The position numbers were made by a program, and so were the translations under genes. A stretch of 64,000 nt of DNA from an uncultured Thermoleophilia bacterium (lineage in GTDB: Bacteria > Actinomycetota > Thermoleophilia > UBA2241): the NCBI GenBank assembly GCA_963715985.1, contig CAVQSP010000009.1:96001-160000 (forward strand), in the 5' to 3' direction. Shown piece after piece: positions 55,999 to 64,000 of the stretch; position 1 is the first letter of the stretch; every line of letters starts with the position of its first letter. The notes below the pieces were generated by a model. The model was given only the letters and a program-made list of their open reading frames with translations. It made no database searches and had not been told where the DNA came from.

Positions 55999-56565
55999 TC
56001 AGCCCGCGATCGATTGCTTTCGGATCGTGGCCAGCTCGGCGGCCACGTCCAGCCGATCCGCCCATTCGTCGAGGTAGTCCTCGTCCAGTATCCCTGCCTG
56101 CAGCTCATAGACGCGCAGGGCGTCGTTCAGCTGCTTCTCGCTCCCGCCCGCCTGTGCCGACCAGCGGAGCTTCATGAGGATCGTGTCCTCTGGCGTGCAG
56201 ACGCTGATGCGCAGGCCGAGCGCGTCGACGAGTACGCGCCGTGCGAACCGTTCACGGTCAAACGGCTCGTCGGTCAGTAGCCAGAAGTCCGCTTTGTCTC
56301 CTGATGCGGAGTCGATGAGGTTGAACATGGCGTGGCGGCGTGTGGCCTCCTCGACGGCGCGCTCGTCGAGGTAGACGTGCGGGCCGGACAGGGCCCGCGT
56401 CACTCGCCCCACATCGGTCGCCGAGACGTCGACGACCAGGTCGATGTCGTGGGTGGCCCTTGGTTCACCCTGGAGGCTCGATGCCAGCGACCCGGTCAGC
56501 ATGTAGGGCACGCCGGCCTCGTCCAAGGCCTCGACGATGCGCTTCAGGAGGGCCTGTTGTGACAT
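55999..56565 (-). CDS. Nucleotidyltransferase-fold protein, MenT1/Rv0078A-like putative toxin
   Basis: TGS.A...GEPRAT.DIDLVV, EDTILMKL, KQLNDA. Confidence 0.7.
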   Translation of the reverse strand: MSQQALLKRIVEALDEAGVPYMLTGSLASSLQGEPRATHDIDLVVDVSATDVGRVTRALSGPHVYLDERAVEEATRRHAMFNLIDSASGDKADFWLLTDEPFDRERFARRVLVDALGLRISVCTPEDTILMKLRWSAQAGGSEKQLNDALRVYELQAGILDEDYLDEWADRLDVAAELATIRKQSIAG

Positions 56566-56759
56566 GCAGACAGCCGCTCCAGGTAGATGCGCTCCAGCTC
56601 AGCCTCGTCGGCCTCTGGAAAGCGTCGCTTCAAGCCCGCGCGGAAGAGCTCGCGCGAGAGTTCCGTGAGCTCGAAGGCCTTGAGGAGGCGCTGCTCCGGC
56701 GTGAGCCGGCGGAGCGCCTCGAGGTAGAGCTGGTGGTTCGGCCGCGGCTTGGGGTCCAC
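56544..56759 (-). CDS. Small helical protein, MenA1/Rv0078B-like putative antitoxin
   Basis: LRRLTPEQRL..AFEL...RAGLKRRFPEADEAEL; overlaps the start of the downstream NTase. Confidence 0.6.
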   Translation of the reverse strand: MDPKPRPNHQLYLEALRRLTPEQRLLKAFELTELSRELFRAGLKRRFPEADEAELERIYLERLSACHNRPS

Positions 56760-56835
56760 GCGAAGAGGATAGCACCGCGCGCGACCAGCGCGGCCGGGTC
56801 TTTCGTTCAACCGGGCGGCGCCTGATCGGCGGCCG

Positions 56836-58275
56836 TCAGTCGGCCGGTACGATCGCGTTCAGGCGCTCGGTCAGCTCCTCCGGAGCGCCGGCGCCTCGTG
56901 CGTCGCGAGCAGCTCGAGCGCCTTGCGGCGGGCCTTCTCCGTGGCGTCCAGCCCGCCGCCGTCTATCCAGCGGTCGTAGCTGGCGCGGTTGAGCAGCTGG
57001 GCGCGCCACTGGCTGCTGCGCAGGTGGCGCCTGGTGTGCCGCTGGCCGAGGTAGTCGCCGCCGGGGCCGACGGCCTTGAGCACGTCCACGGCCAGCGTCT
57101 CGTCCGAGACCTCGATCTCGGCGAGCAGGCGCCGGTCGCGGGCGATGAACTCGGCCGCCAGCACGACCTCGGCGAGCGAATCCGGAGAGGCCGAAGTCCA
57201 TGTAGCCGACGTCGTGGTTGAGGTTGGCGCCCAGCTGCATGGAGAGCTTGATGAGCTCGTCGGCCTCCATGCCGGCCTGGGCGTCCACGACCTGCGCGTC
57301 GGTGTGGCCGCTGAACCCCCAGTTGGGGATGTCCAGCCACTTGGCCATCTCCACCTCGCAGGCATAGGCGCGCGTGAACTCGGGCGAGTTGTACGACGAC
57401 TGCGACGTCGCCATGTCCAGCGTGTTGGGGCCCTGCCCGATGACGAACGGGCGCTCCGGGGACCCGGAGCTGGTGCATGACGAGGCCGAACAGCGCCTCG
57501 GCCACGCCGAGCGTGATCTGGCCGGCGGTGGTGATCGGGGCGGTGCCGCCGGCGACCGGCGACGGGCAGTAGGTGGACGGGACGCCGTGGTCGGCGCAGA
57601 ACAGCAGCTTGTCCACCGTCTCGAACGGGTGCTTGAGCGGCGTGACGGGCTGGTTGTACATGACGAAGTAGGGCTTCTCGCGCAGCGCCTCGGCGCCGCC
57701 GCGGACCTCGCAGGCCATCCGCCACATGGGCTCCACGGTCTCCACGCCGCCGGCCGTCATCACGAGCGGCTTGGTGGTGGCCGGGATCATGGCGCGGAAC
57801 TGCTTGCGGGTAGGCCTCCCGCGCGTCCATGCCGTCGGGGTAGGCGCCCGACATGACGAAGTCGATGTCGGGCAGGGCGTCGCAGAGACGCGCCGCCTCG
57901 GTGACGTCTTCGAGCTTGCCGAGGCGGCGTTCGCCGGTCTCCAGGTCGTGCAGGTGCATCACGTCGGAGCCGTTGCCGAAGTACGAGCCTCGGCCGCCGA
58001 GGTCCATGGCCGGCTCGCCGTCGCGGTCGTAGACGACGAAGCTCGACGGCACCGACTCGCGCGCCTGCTCGACAAGGGCGGCGCGGGACGTGGACGAGGC
58101 CGTCGCCGTCCTTCGTGCAGCCGCCCTCGAGCATGACCTGCTCGCCCTCCTCGTGGAGGACGACCATGCCGATGTCGGCGAGGATGCCGAGGGCCGTCTC
58201 GTAGATGCGCCGCTTCTGCTCTTCGCTGAGGAAGCTGACGCGGCCGGCGCCGATCTCCTTGCTGCTGTCTGACAT
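56836..58275 (-). CDS. Non-pyrrolysine MttB-superfamily protein (frameshifted)
   Basis: [45 protein letters not shown] (His at the Pyl site), [13 protein letters not shown]. Confidence 0.85.
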
Positions 58276-58291
58276 GGTCGCTCCTCGGGAT

Positions 58292-58350
58292 GGTGGTGCA
58301 AAGGCCAGGCGCCGCCGCCACGGACGGCGCGCCTGGCCGAACACTACACC
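58292..58350 (-). other. Long intergenic stem-loop between Pyl-mttB and the next mttB paralog
   Basis: GGCCAGGCGC/GCGCCTGGCC stem (58303-58312 with 58329-58338), extended by GGTG/CACC; short T run on the minus strand. Confidence 0.5.
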
Positions 58351-58360
58351 GTCCGGCGGC

Positions 58361-59836
58361 CTAGTGCACGTCCAATTCGCGTTCTGCGGCATCGATAATC
58401 GACTTAAGTTCTGCCGCGACCGCGTCCGGGCAGCGGCTCCGGCCGGTGCGTCTCGAGGATGCGCCGGGCCTCGGCGAGGGCGCGGTCGTAGAGCGTCGTC
58501 GACCCGTCGGCGGCCCACTCCTCGCGGACCCGGCGGTCGATGAGACCTGCTCCGCGACTGGTCGCGCATGCCTTTGTACGTGTCGTCGTGGGCGAGGAAG
58601 TCGTTGAACGGCCCGATCTCGGCGATGACGTCCACGGCGAGCGTCTCGTCGCTCACCGGGATGCCCGGCACGCAGTACTTGACCATGCGCGCGAACTCCG
58701 CGTCCATGACCAGCTGCGCGTAGTCGATGGTGACGCCCGATTCCAGCATCCCCAGCCCGTAGATCAGGTTGGCCCCTGCCAACGCCGGCAGCAGGCTGGT
58801 GATCGTCTTCTCGTGTCCGGATTGGGCGTCCGACACTTTGGAGTCGCCCTACGCACCGGCGACCCAGCTGGGCAGCAGGTAGTAGCGCGCCAGGCAGGCC
58901 ACGCCGGCGCCGATCATGCCGCACTCGGGGCTGCCCACCGAGGCGCTGGCGAAGCGCAGGTCCAGAGCCGTGGTGGACGAGCCGTAGATGACCGGGCGTG
59001 CCGCGCTCCGTGAGCTGCGCCAGCGTGATGCCGCTGAGCACCTCGGCGTTGTGGCCGACCAGCGTGCCGGCCAGGCTCACCGGCGACGACCCGCCGGCCA
59101 TGGCCATGGAGAGCACGTTGACGGGGATGCCGGCGCGGGCGCCCTCGATGATGATGCGGCAGACGTCGGCGACCAGCTTGAGCGGGCTCACCGGGCAGGT
59201 GAGGAACGAGAGGATGGGGCGGCGGCGGAGCTCGTCGTGCCCGCCGGCGATGGCCGCCGCCATGTCGATCATCTTGCGCGCGCAGAAGCCCGTGAGCGGG
59301 CCGATGGTGGCGTGCTTCGTGGTGTTGCTGAAGATGGCCTCGGCGTTGTGCAGCGCCGCCGTGTCCTGCGGCGACGTCGTGGGCGCCCAGCGGCCGCTCC
59401 ACCACGTCGATCTCGGGCAGCGCGTCGATGATCCTGCGTGCAGTCGGCGACGTCCTGCTTGCGCGACTCGTGCAGCTCGCCGGTGTACGGGTCGACGACC
59501 TGGATGCCCTCGCCGAAGTTGGTGAAGCCGACGCGGCCGTCCTCAAGGACGACGTCCCGGGCCGGGTCGCGCCCGCACATCACGACCTTGGGCGGCGCCG
59601 AGCGGATCGCGTCCTCCACGAGGTGCGCCGGGATGCGCACCACGCCGCGTCTCGCGATCGACCTCGGCGCCGGCCGCCGGCGAAGATCTCCTGCGCCTCC
59701 GCGTCCTCCACGAAGACACCGGTGCGCGCCAGTACCTCCAGCGTCGCGAGATGGATCTCGTGAGCTCGTCGTCGGTGAACACCTCGAGCCTGAAGCCGCC
59801 GCTCTTGCGCGCTCCTGCGCGCGGGTTACGGATCAT
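58361..59836 (-). CDS. mttB: Trimethylamine:corrinoid methyltransferase, pyrrolysine-containing (in-frame TAG at 58849-58851; several frameshifts)
   Basis: [93 protein letters not shown], matching the Pyl context of methanogen MttB. Confidence 0.92.
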
Positions 59837-59839
59837 CGG

Positions 59840-61236
59840 TCAGCCTCCCGCCGTGCGTTCCTTGAACTTCTCGACGCTGTTGATGGGCACGTCCAGCACG
59901 CGCGCGATGTTGAACTTGGCCTCGATCTGGTTGGCCTGCCAGGGCTGGCTGATGGCGTAGCTGTGGACGCGCCCGAACCCGTGCTCGTTGCGCACGTCGG
60001 TCATCACGACCGGGTCCGAGAGGTCGAACGGCGTGACGCCGAGCTTGTCGGCCACGTACTGCTTGGCTTCCGTGAGGCGCATGCCCCGAGTCATCTGCAT
60101 ACGGGCAACCAGGTCTCCGCCTGCCCGAATACCGCCGATGCTCGCCGCCTGCGCGTGCGCGTTGTGCATGCCGTGCGGGTCGCCCGAGCCGACCTACAAG
60201 CCGTCCACGTGCAGCAGCTCGACGAACGACTTGGCCGCCCGGCAGACGGCGTCCGAGGGCAGGTGCACGAACATCGGCACGCCGCCGACGCCCATGCCGG
60301 CGTTGGGGTGCACGGGGATCTCGGCGACCTCCATGCAGGGCTTGATGAGGGCGATGGCGCGGGCCATGTTCCAGGCCAGCGACTTGCCGGTGTTGACGTT
60401 GACGACGGGCCCGAACATGGTGGCGCCGGCCTTCTGCGCGAGCAGCAGCTGGTCCTTGGGCCACAGCCCGGCGAGGCGCACGCCCTCCCACTCGAGCTGG
60501 CCGTGCATGCCGAGCACGAACTCGCCGGCCATGCCCAGCTGCACGCCCATGTCGGGGTACTTCTCGCGGATGATCTTCGTGGCGCGCAGCGCGGCCAGGA
60601 ACTCGGGGTCGCCGGAGGCGCCGGTGGTGTCCCAGTCGATGGCGTCGGCGCCGGCCTCCCACTGCGAGTCGGCGAGGTTGACCATGTCGACGACGGCCAT
60701 CTCGACGGCCTCTTCGGCGGCCGCCCGCGCCTCGGCGATCTTGCCCAGCGGCAAGCAGCTCGTTCCAGTTGTCGCAGGGCCCGTCGGGCTTGGAGTAGAG
60801 GCCCAGGTTGGGCATCACGCCGTACTGCAGCGGGGCGATGGTGCAGAGCTGCGCGTCGTGCATGTACTGGGCCTCGTAGGCGAGGATGGTGCGCACCACC
60901 TTGAGCGAGTAGTCGCCGACGCAGAGCTCGAGCAGGTCGGCGCCCATCCACTGCTCGTAGGACTGCAGGTCCTGGATGCGCGTGGCGTGCGTCTTCATGC
61001 CCCGTGCCGTCGCAGCTGAGGACGATCTCCTCGCCGACGTCGACGCCGATGAAGCGCAGCGGCGAGGCGTAGATGTCGAGCAGGTGGTCGATCTCGTCGT
61101 CGGTGAGCGGCGCCACCTTGGCGCGCTTCACGGCCGCCGCCACGCCCGCCTCGAGATCGGCGCGGATCTCGCTGCGCGTCAGCCGCGCAAAGGTGCCGTC
61201 GCCCATGCGGGTCGGCACCCTGGCCTCGTTCGTCAC
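59840..61236 (-). CDS. mtbB: Dimethylamine:corrinoid methyltransferase, pyrrolysine-containing (in-frame TAG at 60194-60196; frameshifts near 61000 and 60755)
   Basis: RMGDG, MPNLGLY..PDGP, DTTGASGD, GMAGEFVLGMHG, GMGVGGVPM, VDGL-TAG-VGSGDP.GM..AH...GIRAGGDLVARMQ...EAK.YVA.KLGV, AK.NI...L...INS. Confidence 0.93.
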
Positions 61237-61279
61237 GTCGTCCTCCCCGTTCAGGCGACCGGCGCGGTCGGGCCATCGA

Positions 61280-61299
61280 CTAATCGACCGGTCAATTAG
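61280..61299. promoter_or_regulatory. 20-bp near-perfect palindrome, probably an operator, between divergent methyltransferase units
   Basis: CTAATCGACCGGTCAATTAG (one mismatched pair), AT-rich relative to its context. Confidence 0.65.
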
Positions 61300-61430
61300 C
61301 TGATAGACAGTCCACACCAGCGCACGCGGCGATGTCAAGAGCGGCCGGGCGCTGGCGTCGCACGGGTATCATCGCGCCGTGCGCGCAGTGCGGCGGCAGA
61401 AGCGAAGACGGAGACGGAAGAAGGCGGCGG

Positions 61431-62888
61431 ATGAGAGCGCACACGACCTGGCTGAGCGAGGCCGAGAAGAGCAGGATCGTCGACGCAGGCGATGGAGCCT
61501 GCTCGGGAACGTGGGCATGCGCTTCGCCGGCTCGAGCGTGCTGCCCCTGCTGGCGGAGCGCGGGGCGGACGTGGACGAGGCCACCGGGCTCGTCCGTCTT
61601 CCCCGCGAGCTCGTGGAGTGGGCGGTCGGCCAGTGCCCCCGCCGGATCGTCATGGCCGGCCTCGACGGAGGCGGACGACGTGCGTGCTGGACGAGGGCGA
61701 GCCCTTCCACTTCGCGCCCAGCGGCTGCGTCGCGAAGACGCTCGACTTCCGCAGCGGGCGAGCGCCGCGCCAGCACGCTGCAGGACGTGCGCGAGTGCAC
61801 GGCCCTCAACGACGAGCTGCCCGAGCTCGACATCATGTGGACGCAGGTGAGCGCATCCGACGTGCCGCTGGAGGCACGCGAGCTCACCGAGTACTTCACG
61901 CTGCTCACCGAGACGCGCAAGCACGTGACCTTCGTCGACTGCCCTACGGAGGTCGACGCGGTCGTGCGGCTCTGCGAGGCCCTGGCGGGCGACCTGGAGC
62001 GCTTCCGCGCCCGCCCGCGCATCTCCACCGTGGTCACCGCGGCGTCGCCGCTGCAGGTGGACGGCGGCATCCTCGACGTGCACGTGGCGCTGGCGCGGCA
62101 CGGCGTGCCCGTCAAGATCTACTCGATGGCCATCGCCGGGGCGACGGCGCCGGTGACGCTGGCCGGCACGGTGGTGCAGGGTCTCGCCGAGTTCCTCGGC
62201 GTCGCCACGGCGCTGCAGGTGGCGGCGCCCGGGCGCGCGCCTCGTCTTCTGCTTCGGCTCGGGCGTGCTCGACATGCGCCAGACGACGTTCGCGCTGGGC
62301 TGCGTGGAGGCGCGCTGATGGCGGCCATGGCCACCGAGGTCGGCCACCACGTCGGCGTGCCGACCCTCAGCCCCGGCTTCTCGACCGACGCCCGGCACGT
62401 CGCCCTGCAGGACGGCTACGAGAAGGCGATGAAGGCGGCGACAGTGTGCGCCGCCAACCCGGACGTCGTCACCGGCTGGGGGCTCGTGGACTCGCACAAC
62501 ACGATGTCGCTGCCGCAGTCGGTCATCGACAACGAGATGGCCGGCATGCTGCAGGCGGCTGAACCGGCCGGTCGAGGTCTCCGACGCCACGCTCGCCGCC
62601 GAGGCCTTCGACGCCGTCGGGCCGGGCGGCGGGTTCCTCGGCCGCAAGGAGACGGCCAAGCGCATCCGCGCCGGCGAGCACTACCTGCCGACCCTCTCGA
62701 GCCGGCTCTCCTACGAGAAGTGGGTGGAGCAGGGCGCGACGGAGTACGACGAGGCCTGCGCGCGCGTGGAGGCGCTGCTGGCCGCGCACGCCTCAAGGAG
62801 CCGTACATCGACGGCGCGCTGCTGGACGAGATCGCGGCCATCTGCCGCGTGGACGACGACGCCGTGCGCCGAGCACGGCGCGAAGTGA
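61431..62888 (+). CDS. Non-pyrrolysine MttB-superfamily protein (frameshifted)
   Basis: HFAPSGC, TAASPL, AIAGATAPVTLAGT, LDMR, SPGFSTDAR (Ser at the Pyl site), GYEKA, VIDNE, VGPGGGFL. Confidence 0.82.
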
Positions 62889-62903
62889 CCTGGGGAGGAC
62901 TAC

Positions 62904-63825
62904 ATGACGCTCAGGATCGGCTACATCGGGCTCGGCGCCCTCGGCAGGCACCTGGCCGGGAGCCTGCTGCGCGCCGGCTTCCCGCTCACCGTGTACGACG
63001 TGGACGCGAGCTGCGCCGTCGAGCTCGGCAGGGCGGGCGCCGTCTGCGCCGACTCGATCGCGGAGACCGCGCGCGCCTCCGACACCATCATCACCTGCCT
63101 GCCGTCGCCCGAGGCGGTGGCCTCCGTGGTCGCCGAGGAGGGCGGCGTGCTCGAGGCGCTCGCCCCCGGCGGCACCTGGATCGACATGAGCACCAACGAC
63201 GCGCACGAGCTGCAGCGCCTCTCCCGGCTCGCCGCCGCCAGAGGCATCGAGACGCTCGAGGCGCCGGTCACCGGCGGCGTGCACCGCGCCGCCGCCGGCA
63301 TGATCACCGTGCTCGTCGGCGGCAAGCCGGAGGTGTTCGAGAAGCACCGCCCGGCCTTCGACGCCATGGGCGGGCGCGTCTTCTACATCGGCGAGCTGGG
63401 CCAGGCCTCGGTGATCAAGGTCATCACCAACATGCTGGCCTTCATCCACCTCGTCGCCGACGGCGAGGCGCTCATGCTCGCCAAGAAGGGCGGCATCGAC
63501 CTCAAGCTGGCCTGGGACGTCATCAAGGCGAGCTCGGGCAACAGCTTCGTGCACGAGACCGAGGGCCAGCTCGATCCTGAACGGCAGCTACAACATCAAC
63601 TTCACCATGGACCTGGCCCGCAAGGACCTCTACTTCGCCCACCAGATGGGCCGCGAGTTCGGCGTGCCGCTGGAGCTGGCCGGCCTCACCGAGCAGATCT
63701 TCGCGCGCGCCCGGGCCATGTACGGCGGGGGCGCGCAGTCGCCCATGGTCGTCAAGATGCTGGAGGAGGCCGTGGGCACCGACCTGCGCGCCCCGGGCTT
63801 CCCCGCCGAGCTCGAGCCCGAGTGA
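62904..63825 (+). CDS. 3-hydroxyisobutyrate dehydrogenase-family NAD(P)-dependent oxidoreductase (frameshift near 63572)
   Basis: IGYIGLGALG, TCLPSP, IDMST, EAPVTGG, KVITN, F.MDLARKDL. GGAGG RBS. Confidence 0.85.
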
Positions 63826-63923
63826 TCGCCGCAGGCGGATCATCGTGCGGCGCGCCGAAGGGGCGCCGCACAATGATCGCCGCAGTCAAATCACCGTGCG
63901 GCGCGCCGAAGATGGCGCCGCAG
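63823..63923. repeat. Tandem repeat of about 51 bp (2 copies), each forming a hairpin
   Basis: TGATCGCCGCAG...GTGCGGCGCGCCGAAG..GGCGCCGCA starting at 63823 and 63874. Confidence 0.75.
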
Positions 63924-64000
63924 TCAGTGAGCGGCGACGACGGCAGTGAGCCGGCCGCCGAAGATTCAGCGAAAGCAGCTGACGAGGCACAGATGTTCTT

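Noticed and set aside
58285-58360. Intergenic structure as tRNA-Pyl (pylT)
   Set aside because: It has no CUA anticodon loop (CTCTAAA) and no cloverleaf, and folds as one long hairpin. I saw no pylT-like sequence elsewhere in the window either, by eye only.
63823-64000. CRISPR array
   Set aside because: Only two imperfect tandem units, no unique spacers and no cas genes.

Overview
This is very GC-rich (roughly 70%+ by eye) bacterial DNA. Gene content and codon bias suggest an anaerobic actinobacterium, possibly Thermoleophilia-like (inference, not verified). Many genes carry single-base frameshifts that look like uncorrected long-read errors. From left to right: a truncated lutA; a peptide-binding protein; an aguB/carbamoyltransferase/TetR unit; a ~31 kb mostly leftward catabolic island (GGT-like enzyme, amidohydrolases, two prolyl oligopeptidases, CocE, iminopeptidases, class III aminotransferase, sulfatase, two non-Pyl MttB homologs, an Opp-type ABC importer, an epimerase, oxidoreductases); a complete hdrCBA-flxDCBA operon with a Rex-like operator; a MenAT1-like toxin-antitoxin pair; and a methylamine methyltransferase cluster. 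The main discovery is in that last cluster. The dimethylamine methyltransferase mtbB (TAG at 60194-60196) and the trimethylamine methyltransferase mttB (TAG at 58849-58851) each contain an in-frame amber codon at the conserved pyrrolysine position, with homology continuing past it. This implies genetic code expansion (Pyl) and anaerobic methylamine use. Four non-Pyl MttB paralogs are also present. No pyl biosynthesis or tRNA genes and no corrinoid partner protein were seen in the window.
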